A stretch of 64,000 nt of DNA from Cetorhinus maximus. Lineage: Eukaryota. The notes beneath the pieces are model-generated. The model had not been told where the DNA came from and did not search any database. It was given only the letters and a program-made list of their open reading frames with translations. Shown in pieces: positions 50,590 to 61,514 of this stretch. Within the stretch, counting starts at the first letter, position 1. Every line of letters begins with the position of its first letter. A program made the translations under genes and the position numbers. The DNA lies in NCBI RefSeq assembly GCF_964194155.1, contig NC_135892.1, positions 80,352,001 through 80,416,000 of the forward strand. Reading direction: 5' to 3'.

Positions 50590-51728
50590 GATGATCCCTT
50601 CAGGCAAGCATTGGCTGTATCTGGGTATTCTCAAACACACCTCCTGGCACTGGGCAAATGTTCTGAAGATCATGCAAATTATAATTGACTTTGATGTCCC
50701 GCACTGACCCAACCTGGGTCCGTTCGGCCTATATTCCGCAGGTTAAGAGATCTCATTGTTACTTGCAGGCTTGCTCAGATTTCATTTCAAGCAAGAAGTG
50801 CAGGAAGGTACATTCCTCAACTCTGGTACAACCAACTACTCATCCACCACAAAAATGTGGATAAAGAATCTGGAGGACATCTGCCAAGCAGAAAAAATAA
50901 TACACTGACTGTATCTGAAACCAGCATGTATCTCCTTCCATCATGCAGGCATGCCTTCTAATCTGTATTCCACACCAACATGAGAAAAGGTGTAACTTGC
51001 TGTATTACTCAATAACAAAATAAAATTATTTCTTAAAAAAATGGCAAGTATTATAATTTCATTTTTATACACAGCCCTGCTGGATTTTATTATGGAGAAC
51101 TACACTACTTGCTAAAAGTCTCTTTCAGTGCGATCTCTCTTCCTTATGGCCAGATTAAAAGTGGTTCTATTAAAATAAACAAGTCACAGATACTGCAGAG
51201 TAAATCAGATTTAAAAATCATATTACAGGGAAGACACAGGAGTAAATGTTTTAAGGGGCAGAATTTTCCCGTTGGCGTGCGGGGGCGGGGCCCCCACGCC
51301 GACACCTAAAATGATGCGCGCCATTGCGATATTTCGGTAGGTGGGCATGCGATGATATCCGATGCGAGCCCGCTGTTAATTAGTTGGCCACTTAAGGCCC
51401 TTGAGGCACCAATTGATGCCGATTTTTCGGGGTCCGTGCAATCTTCGGGTCGGCGCACAGGCGCAATGGGCAGGCGGTTAGGAGACATTTGTATAAACCT
51501 GATCCACGGGTGGGATAAGAGGTGGGGTCACAAGTCATATGGAGGTCACAAGTGTGCTCTGTCAAATATTTAATTTGGAAAGTAACTGATACTTGACTGT
51601 GTGAGCTGCAATACTTCAAAACGCATACCAGCTGCTTGGACTGGACTCACAACCTTCAGGTCAGCACTCTGCAGTGAAGAATCTTTTTGGGGCCTGCAGG
51701 CTTCAGGAAGCCTTCCCTTAGCCTGGGA

Positions 51729-52625
51729 ATGGGAGTTGAACTCTCGACTGGAGGCACCACCTCTGACGAGGAAAGGAAGGCTAGAAGGAGGAGGAGGCCA
51801 GGAGTGCACATTCAGCCTCCAGGGGAGCCACCTTTGGGAGGGGAGGCGCAGGCACAAGGGGCGCAGGGCCAAGAGGTGGTCCAAGGCAGACGGGGGCCGC
51901 AGAAGGCGCCACTATCCTGCTGCCAGGGTATACAGGTGGCAAAGCAGCTACCTCAATATATCTGAGGTGCAGTGCTGAAGGAGGCTCCATCTCTCAAGGG
52001 AGACAGTCAACTATATCTGTCAGATGATTGGGCCTGAGATACCCACTAACTGTGTGGGTGGACACCCCATGCCAGTGGCCCTAAAGGTCACAGCTGCCCT
52101 CAACCTCTATGCCTCTGGCTCCTTCCAGGGGTTGGTGGGTGATCTTTGCGGTGTCTCCCAAACAGCTATCTACACTTGTGTCAAGCAGGTTACAGATGCT
52201 CTGTTCAGATGGGCATTGACCTTCATCCACTACCACTGGGACCAGACAAGCCAGACACAGTGAGCCATAGGCTTCACAGTGATTGCTGGCTTCCCTTGCG
52301 TCCAGGGTGCAATAGACTGCACACATGTGACCATCAAGGTGCCAGCAGGTGAGCCCAGTGCCTTTGTCAACAGGAAGGGATTCCACTCCATGGACGTGCA
52401 GATAGTGTGTGATCACAGGATGCTGATTCTACAAGTCTGTGCAAAATACCCAGGAAGCTCCCACGATGCCTACATCCTCAGACACTCCCAGGTGCCGGGG
52501 CTCTTCAGTGCTCCAGCCTGGCTGGATGGATGGCTGCTGGGTGACAAGGGCTATCCCGTCAGAAGGTGGCTCATGATGCCTCTCCGCCACCCAAGAACAG
52601 AGGCTGAGCAGTGGTACAATAGGAG
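51729..52625 (+). pseudogene. Harbinger transposase pseudogene, C-terminus deleted
   Basis: RHYPAARVYR, HPMPVALKVTAALNLYASGSFQG, VQGAIDCTHV, NRKGFHSMDVQIVCD, YPGSSHDAYIL, LLGDKGYP. Confidence 0.93.
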
Positions 52626-52669
52626 CCAACACAAAAGCACCAGTGATAAACCCGTGGTGTACCAAAGGT

Positions 52670-53592
52670 GCCTTATGTTTACATTTTTGGGTGCTACGTC
52701 TTGGTGCTGCCCTCTCAATGGGATTGGCATCTGAGACAGCCTGCCCGCTCTGCTGTCCTGTTGACCTCGATGACCTTGACGGACGTCCTCTGGCCCGTGG
52801 AGCATGTGCTGGCCCTGCCTGGGAGGGAGTGGCCAGTTCCACAGCTGGCACCTCCCCAGTTGTCACAGCCTCACTGGATGCAATGGTCACTAGCAGAGGA
52901 GCTCCTGAAAAGGAAAGAAGAGCATTGATTAGTGCTACTTGTAACTGGACTCTCTTCACGGCCTGTCCACCCCAACCAGAGTGGGACATTGCAGGGCTCC
53001 AGTGCCTCCTCACCCCACTGCTGCCGAACACTCGCACAAAGATGCTAGGCCTGTCCCCTGCTACCCTTGGCCAAATTCTTCCGACATCACATGTGGCACC
53101 ACACGGGCTAACCTTCCATAGCAAGGAGGCACAAGCACATGGAGCGCAGAGGACAGCAGATCGATCGGTGCCACGCCACCTTGAAGCTCCCCTCGCAGCA
53201 TGCCATCACCCTGACTTTGGTTGGGGGTTGGTGGGGGGTGGGGGCAGGGGGAAAGCCTACCTGCTGGGTTAAGTGACCAATGCCAACATGGTACTCACCC
53301 TTCCCGAGCACAAGAGGTCATTGAAGCGCTTGCAACACTGGGTCCAGGTGCATCGCACCATGTCGTGGGAGCTCAGAACCTCCACAACATCCTCCTAGGC
53401 ATGTTTGGTCATGTGGAGGGGGGGCCTCCTCCTCCCATCCTGGGGTATGAGGACCTCCCGCCGTGCTGCCACCTCCTTGAGGAGGGCAGCAAGGCAAAGG
53501 TCAGAAAAACGAGGGGCAAAGTGCCCCCCTGCCCTTCCCTCCTGCCTGGCCTGCTCACCAGCAGCGCTCTGGGGAGTCCTTCCAGTAGCCAT
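52670..53592 (-). pseudogene. Harbinger Myb/SANT gene remnant (exon 1, intron, last part of exon 3)
   Basis: APRFSDLCLAALLKEVAARREVL...TWTQCCKRFNDLL followed by a gtgagt donor; C-terminus homologous to 11393-11620. Confidence 0.85.
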
Positions 53593-54365
53593 GTTTGTCA
53601 GCCTTTGAAAGGCCGCAGCAGCTTTTTCAAAAAGGCCGCAGGTCGTCATTGGACCCGGTGGTCATTGCAGTCCCACTGCCGCCCGTCCACTCCCGCTGTC
53701 CTCGGGAGCCGCAGTTCACGCTGGGCGGGCCTTAATTGGCGTAAAATGTCCACATCCACCCGCTCCCGTTCCGCCCGCCCAACAGGCAGAAAATTCTGCC
53801 CAATATTTAAGTTCTTTCCTTGCATTCATATCCCTGATAAGGGTGATTAAACAAAAACATATTGTGAAACCGTAGAAAGTATACCTTCAAAATATCTGGT
53901 CATTTTTGCTGACTATTTTAGTCAGCTGAACTCACTGATCAGAGTACACGAGGAAAGATTACACTTAGTTACAGTTTTGTGAGTAGCAAATGACTCTCTT
54001 AAATAATTTATCATAAAAACCATTGAAGAGAGAACAAGGAGAAATTTTCTATCAATAGAAAACAATCATGCTACTTGCCAGTTTGTGAAACACAGAATTC
54101 AGAGCGACATTAAACAAAACCTCTGCAGCTGAAAAAAAATACTAGTTAGCTTTTATTTGTTGTGATATTCACAGCAATATGCAAAAACGTGCAATGAGCC
54201 ACAATATATAATAAATATCAATCAGCTTGTTTATTGTGTTGGGTACAAATAGAGCGCAGAAAATGGAACATATTTATGAGAAAAAGTGAATCCACGTATA
54301 TAATGTATACATGTGATTTAAAAAATGTGCTAACTGACTATTTATTAGTATATAGTACTATTCTA

Positions 54366-54482
54366 GGGCGGAATTTTATGCCAGCAGGATTTTACACTCC
54401 TGCTAAAGTCAATGGACTTTAAAATGGCTCGCTGCATTTTGTGGCCCCTCCCCCACCACGACAGGGCCATAAAATTCTGCCC
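54366..54482. mobile_element. Minimal 117-bp Harbinger-type MITE
   Basis: 15-bp TIR gggcggaattttatg / cataaaattctgccc (1 mismatch); flanks cta/taa. Confidence 0.8.
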
Positions 54483-54711
54483 TAAAGATTATGGCTATCC
54501 AAAAATGGCTTTACCACAAATTTACAAAAAGCAACAGAAAAAACAATTGTAAAAACCTCGTAAAAAGTCAGCTTTAAAAAACTTGTGCAAAATTACTCAA
54601 GGTGGGAGAAAATCAAAAATGAACATGCCATTGTCCATGTTTGATGTGGATATCAGCATCTTGAGGGCCCGTCTACATCACCAGAATTGTAGTTCATGGC
54701 GTTAATTCTAA

Positions 54712-55445
54712 GGGCTGAATCTTGTGCTCTCGCTGGTGGCAAGCTTGGAGTTGGGAAGGACAAATAATTAGGTAGTGTACTGGAGCCCTGCTGCCACCTC
54801 ACCTCCGCCAGAATTAAATTCTGGGCAGGAAGGTCCATGGTCAACCTTCCCGCCCCACCACCTATTGAGGTCCTTAAGTGGCCAATTAATGGTCACTTAA
54901 GTGCCTCATCCCGCTATCGCTGGTATAAACCCAGTGGTGGATGGGCCTGTCGACAAATGGCCTGCATGACAGGTAAAACTGTCGGGCCAGTTTATCACTC
55001 TGGGGGGCAGGGGAGAGGTCTCTCGATCAAAGGCATTCAGTACCTGATTAAAGGATTCAGGAAGGGACGCCACCCCCACCCCCCTGCCCTTGCTGCTAAC
55101 CCCTCGACACTCCTCTCCCAGGGACTTCCACTCGGCGAAAACACATCCCCCCACATTACTTACCAGTGGCCTAGGTTGCTCTGCGATCCTGGGACTCCAA
55201 TAGGCATTTTTCCTGCTGCAGTTACCACCTCCCATGTGGTGCTACTGAGCACAAGAGCTACCAGCCTCTGATTGGTGAGACTTCTGCCCCTGGGCTCTTG
55301 ATTCCAATGGAAGGCCCGCTGCTAGACTCGCCAGTGCCTGATTGGCTTGTGGTTCAGTGGACCTTCCCGAAAAGAGGCAGTGCGGTCTCTTGCCAGCTCT
55401 GCAGCCAGCAGGCGAACCCTCCAATGCCAGAACAAGATTCCTCCC
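54712..55445. mobile_element. Harbinger-type MITE (~730 bp)
   Basis: TIR gggctgaatcttg / caagattcctccc, TSD TAA; homologous to 14979-15729. Confidence 0.88.
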
Positions 55446-56597
55446 TAACTGTGTGATATGCTAGTGAGACAGTACATCATCACAGGAAGTGATGCAAGTC
55501 TCATGATCTTTCTCTCTTTTGTTGGACCTCTTGGGAAGACGAAGCCACAGCAAATTGTTTCTTAATAAAGCTAATGTGTTCCTTACTTCAATGGACTCTG
55601 TAAATACTCTTTATAAGCTACAAGACTGGGAATATTCTAAAACTTATGTCTGGAATTCAGTAAGATTTAACCCCCTTCACCTCGAGAAATTCCAGGCATC
55701 TAATTGAGTTCTCGGTCAACAGTGGGCTGTGAGGGTGGGACCTCCTTTCTGTGCACTTTTTAACCCATGGAGGGATCCCCAGGCAGCAAAGACCTTCCCT
55801 GTGACAACGGCACCACCTGTCCACCAAGGCATCACCCACCCCCACCACCACCACCGAGTCCGGAGGCCTGCCTGGTCCCGGCATCCCCAGAGCTCAGTAA
55901 TAATGCTGCTACAAACCATCTGTTCCACTTCAACACTCATTAAGCAAACTATTTTCCTATTCCTGAAAAGAATTTCATTAAAAGACGCGGATCTATAGTT
56001 ACTCATCCATAAAGTTCCCTGTTCTTCCTGATTAGTTTTTAAACTTTTATTTTTGAAAGGGAGGATTTTATTGTATGAGAACAATTTCCACATAAAATAT
56101 TCAAGCAGATGTTTCTCTATGGGCAGGGGAATTATGAAATATTTTTCCTACCTTTTAGGAAAGTCTTTGTTTTTCTTCCTCATCATCAGCCTGCTGGAAA
56201 CGCACATAACAGATTTCTCCGAGCCTTTGCCAAGTCTTAGCAAGTACCCAGCAAGGACTTGGAAAAAAAAATGCAAGGTACATTCCCCATTGGTGTCTAC
56301 AAGATTCCTCCTTTCTTTGGAACTGGTACTAAAGGGAATCTCTGCCTGAGGTCATTTCAGCAATACTGCGCCATTGCAGCTATCTGAAATAGGTATTTGC
56401 AGAGTTCCAAATATTTCTGTAAAATTGAGAAACCTAGTTGAATGGCCACAGTGCAGTTTGATTCCAAGGTTGAAAAAGAGCACAGAAGACAAGTGACATC
56501 GAGAAGTAGTGAGTAGGTGACACTAGGTTTGGTGAACTCCTTACTATTCACTCAAGCTGAGTTGGGCAGTACATGACCATAAATAATATATACCATT

Positions 56598-56662
56598 GAA
56601 AATAAGAACAGAAAATGCTGGAAAAACTCAGCAGTTCTGGCAGCAGCTGTGAAGAGAGAAAC
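56598..56662 (-). mobile_element. Penelope-terminal fragment
   Basis: acagaaaatgctggaaaaactcagcagttctggcagca matches 1655-1692. Confidence 0.7.
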
Positions 56663-57615
56663 CCGAGAACATGGCCCATAGCACGCCATCAACTCTCATT
56701 ATAAGGGGGGCTAACAGTATTTTGGAGATTCAAGTTATAGCTCAGGCTTAGACCTTCAGGGTGCGTGCTACACATACCAGCTGACAGGTCAGTACATGTG
56801 TCTTCATTGGTCATATCAGCTTGCTTGCAGATGTATCGAGCAAGGATGAGGAATCTTCCAGCATGGGAATCTGTTCTGACTGACTCATACTGTCCCTACT
56901 GGCACAGACATCCACTGGAATTATTAAAATAACCAAAATAACTTACACCAGATTCCATACACTCCAGCAGGGTAATACCAGACGTTCCTAGCAAGAACAT
57001 CACAGTACTGATGCCAGGATGTTGTCCCATGGCTATTCAGGGCTGTTGTCTTTTCCAAATACCAATAGGTCTTCTCCCCATTTTTTAAAATTTCATAATT
57101 GAAAAAGAAGTTCTTTAATATGAGGAGCACTTATTAAGAGGAAGCTTCAGTCATTTAAACATTGGTAGACTTATTTTAAATCAAAACATTATCCACTTGT
57201 AAGATCACAAAATAAATATCGACAACAAAAGCCAATTTGAAAAATTCCATGGCCCACATTATGGCATCCAATTGTTTTTTAATGTAGCTCAAGTCTGAGC
57301 TGCTGTGTGGCAGGGAGACAAATATGAGCATCTGTGCTGCCCTCCTTTGCAGTGAGGCCAGAAAATTCAGTGAAGCTAGATTGGCTGCAGTGCGAGATAG
57401 GCCCCCCAACTGAAGTGATTGAGAAGGTTGGCCTGCTTTGAAAAGTCCTACTTCCACTGACATATAGCTGGAATCTCTAGAACACAGGAACTCTTGGGAG
57501 AATGGAGAACATTTTCCTGGCCCTGCTTTCCCAATTGCTTTGTTAGGAACAGGTGGATGTTCTACTCTCACTAAGCAACATGGATAATTGGGTGCAACGT
57601 GGCATGACAAAGTGC

Positions 57616-59510
57616 CGGCTGAGTTTCTTGCCAAAGTGAAAATGGGAGTTCCCAACATTAGGCATGGACTTTTGGGACCTAGGGGTGTGAAACCTGGGTC
57701 CATGGCATTGCTGGAGCTGGCACTATAGAAGACTGAAGTCCTCCAAGTGCGGGGTTTAGCACAGTCAGCCCCTACTGAATCGACATGCATAGCGGCTCAT
57801 GCTGGGAAAGATGCTGGTGGGTTTTCTGTGCATGCGCCAGAAGCTTCCCAACTGGCCAGATTGTGATGTAAAACAACCTTACCGACTGATTTGCTGCATG
57901 ATTTACAAACGTAGACCACACAAGCCATTCAATGTATTCACTTGTCACTCACCAATGAACATTTGTTGCAAGGGGAACCCACCACTAGCGTTATTTAAAG
58001 GACCAGGCACCAAAATTGCAGGTAAGTTGATGTACATTGACTTCTGCTATTGTGAAGTGTCTGAAAGTAGTGTGAAGTGTTTTTGGAGGGGTTGCGGTGA
58101 GTTGCTGGATTTGGCAGGGAATGTTGCTGCATCCACACAAAGAGAGCAGACAATTTACTGACCTGTTCACAGAAAGGCTGCAACAAGGGTAGAGGCTGCA
58201 GTGCCTCTATATCTGCAACACAACGGGGAGATGGAGCAGAGGCTGCAGAGAGGGGAAGCTCTTTGCAATGTCCTCTGTCAAGTTCCTTGACAGTGACAGA
58301 AGGCTGTTTGGCCAGCCAATCCACCCAGCATTTCAGTGCATACCCTCAACAACGTCCTCCTGTATGTCAATCCATTAATATCCTCATCTGAATCTTCTGC
58401 AGCAGAACCCGTGACCTCGCCTTTTGGGGAGCTGGCACACAAACTACCCTTTCCTCCTGGCCTGGTTCATGCCCGGTGACTCACCACATGCTGCTCACAA
58501 CACTACATTAGACTCAAAAGTTATATGTAGTGCTGGTATTTGAGCTGGTAGCTGCAAATGTCAGATGAGATGACTGGGCCTCTTCATTAGTGCTGTGATG
58601 TTGTACTCTCTCTTTCACTTGACACTGCTGTGGCTGGATATGTGGCAGTTCTTGGGTGTCTGAGAGCAGAAAATCAGTTGGGGGAATTTGGCATGAGGGA
58701 AGGGATTGTGGTAAGGAAAATAAGAGGTCCATGGTCACATCATCAGCAGCTTACACACCATGCCAGATAGCAAGATGTAGGTGAGCAGGGAAAGGGGCGT
58801 AAGGTAGGAACATAATGTCATCCTCAATATTCTCAGTGACACAGGGTACCACAGGTTCCGTCACAAATGGCCTTATGATACAGAAAATCATCTCCTTCTT
58901 AGGGCTCAGGAGATGCCAGTGTCCTTGCCTCCCACCACTACCCATTCTGCTCCCTTATTGTGGATGATCTTGTCCTGCAACAGAGCAGACAGAATGTCAG
59001 TGATTGTGTGGCAGTGTATAGGTAACATGCCTGCTACAGCTGAATAGTTGGAGGTATGTGAAGGCAATAGGACCTGGGTGTGAGTATGAAGGCATTGGTA
59101 GGTGTGTGAAGGTGAGGTGAATTATCTGGATGTTCAGCCTGAGCCCTGAGTGCCAGGAAGTACTTCTGGGTGAGTGATGCAGATGTAGTGTATTGAGCAG
59201 TGTGAGAGGTTGGTGGTGCAGTCACTATGAGATGTCATGTGAAGATGAAAGCACTGACCTTGATACCTCCGTGAGCACATTAGAAATGCAGAAATAGCAC
59301 TCAGCAGCAGCCTCTGGTGATTAACTGCAGCTTACCGTTAAGAGGGACAGCTGCCTTTAAGAAGAGCAGGTTAGCTGTATCACATTTTAGCAGTGCACAC
59401 TGCCGGGTTCCCTGTCTAGCAATTAGGTAACCAGCAGTGCAGGTCCTGCTCAGCTGCAATTGTGATTGTGAACCATGATCTGAAAATGAACCATAACCAA
59501 TTTTTAGCCC
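57616..59510. mobile_element. Old, heavily decayed Harbinger-derived element with a Myb exon-2 remnant (-)
   Basis: Right end aatttttagccc; minus ttgcag|DKIIHNK...GGRQGHWHLLSP at ~58975, comparable to DKLAHNK in other copies; left boundary uncertain. Confidence 0.5.
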
Positions 59511-60239
59511 AAGATTTTTAAGAATGTTCCATTTATGCTCTGCAAAAGTGTTATTGGACAACACCAGCCCCAATTACTTTGCTTCAGTTGTTCTCTTACT
59601 TCTTTGAAGTTGATTCTTTTAAAAATCTATATCTGACTGCACGTCTGCAAACTGTATGAATAACTGACCATGCCAGTCTATCCTATAAGACATGGATGGC
59701 CTAGAAGGATTATGTGCCTATCCCTATGTTCAGAAGTTAAATTAAAACCAGATTTTTCAGTTGGCTGGTGTAACTCAAGTGAAACATTAATATATGGAGA
59801 CTGACAAAGAGTAGAATCAACAAATTCTATTTTTTTGATTGATGAACCATGAGTGGTGGATAATTGTAAGACAATAATACAGAGACATTAATGCCCACCT
59901 CAAGGTGCAACAGTTAATTTCACAGGTCTGACAGCAACAAGAAAAAAATGCGAGGACACTGATTAGGCAGCAAATCATTTGGTTAGATTTATTTTGCTGT
60001 TTGTGCACAGGACAAAACTACATAATTTTACATGAACGTGTGAAAATAATGGGCAGAAAAAGTACATTGAGCCTGTTGAGTTGAGCTGCCAGTATCATAA
60101 TTGCACTGGAAAAATTTTGTTCGAGGGACCACTAGATTTGGGTATACAGATCTTCAGTATTGGAATGGGTTGTTGCCAAGTCCCTGTCCTTTGTGTGACC
60201 AGTGTACTCTCTTTAATGTCTGATAGTGCATACCGAATT

Positions 60240-60560
60240 GCCTAGATATTGGCAAATATGATGATTAGGATCTCAGGGAGAGGCCAGCAGCATCACATGC
60301 TGATGATGCTTGGAAACACTTTAGCCTCGCCTCTTGCACTCATGTGTTTGGCTTCACCAGAATTGATGATAGGGATTCTTACAGAACCTCCTCCTGTTTT
60401 TTACCTGACTGTCCATCATCATTGTCAACTAGACATGAAAGGGCTATGAAGCTTTGTTCCAACTGATTAGTTGTAGCACTGCCTAGTTACATCTATAGCC
60501 TGCTAATTTTGGTATTTTATGTGTAGGTTGCCCTGTGATCTAGTTTCATTTGGTTGGTGC
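60240..60560 (-). mobile_element. Old LINE ORF2 fragment (L2/CR1 group)
   Basis: Degenerate similarity to LINE endonuclease-region sequence; by eye only. Confidence 0.4.
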
Positions 60561-60699
60561 CTCTTCAAAACTATTTAAAAATATAGCAATTTTTACCTGA
60601 AAATATTTTTAAAGAATTCCAATTCTCTCTTACTGGGTCTCCCATTCTCCATTTGTAAATGTCAGCTAATTCAAAACTCTTATATCTGATTTCTATCAT

Positions 60700-61160
60700 G
60701 CATCAAGCCCCAGGTCACCTATGAACCCTGTCCTCATTGACATATATTGGCTCTTGATCCTCAATGCTTCAAACTAAAAATGATTATTCCTCATCTTTAA
60801 AGCCCTTCATGCATCATCTTCTTTATTTCTGTAATCTCTCTACACCCACTGTATGGCCCCCCACCCCCATCCACTGAACTCTCCTTTTCCCTGATATGCC
60901 TTCTTGTGCCCTCTTCCCCTTTCTTCATCCCACCATTGGTGACCATGTCTGAATCCATCCAGGCCCATGTTCTGGCATGTCTTCCTTAATCCTTCAGTAT
61001 CTCCACCACCCTTACCTCCTTTAAGACTCTCCTTAAAGCTTGCATCTTTGGCAAAGTTTTTGGTCATTCCTCCTAATATTTTCTTATTTGGCTTAGGGTC
61101 CATTTAGTACCTTGGGATATTTTTTACATTAAGGCACCAAATGAAAGCAAGTTGTTGTGT
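60700..61160 (+). mobile_element. Old L2 LINE 3' end
   Basis: P.L.D..WL...FKxKMI.LIFKALH pattern, SFKTLLK, tail gcaagttgttgtg. Confidence 0.6.
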
Positions 61161-61514
61161 GTCTGGTGCTCATTGAGTGTAGCCTGTATACATGACACTG
61201 ACTGCACTTGGCATCCACCCTTTCCACCACCACATCCTCAGTATCCTTCTTCTCAAGGCGTAGGAACCATTACATTTCAAAGACAAATCTGTTGTTCATT
61301 ATGTATTGCTCCCTTTAAATCATCTTCAACTTTCACTACGTTCCTCTAAATGCTCAGAAACTGTAGCTTCTAAGTATGAAAAGAGATTTTTAACCAAGAC
61401 ACTGTTGCAGAATTGTACTCCTATGTCACCTTTCACCTGCCAGATCTCTTCCTGTCTGTGGGGCACCATTCAAGCTCAGCATAATCACATTAAATGAATC
61501 CCAGCCAAGACATA

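Larger units (their letters stand above)
51256..53801 (+). mobile_element. Harbinger family A element with two internal deletions
   Basis: TIR gggcagaatttt / aaaattctgccc; flanks aag/aat; convergent gene remnants. Confidence 0.92.

Noticed and set aside
52279-52734. Domesticated host HARBI1 gene
   Set aside because: It lies between TIRs, has stops and a C-terminal deletion, and multiple paralogous copies are nearby.
52670-53300. Functional mini-Myb made by splicing exon 1 to the C-terminal tail after the deletion
   Set aside because: Phases are incompatible (early TAG) and exon 1 already has an in-frame stop.
56155-56283. ATG-initiated frame MYLAFFFPSPCW... as a first coding exon
   Set aside because: It terminates (TAA) just before the splice donor.
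57176-57790. 204-aa minus-strand ORF
   Set aside because: No recognisable motif; it overlaps the edge of a decayed repeat and is probably a chance ORF.
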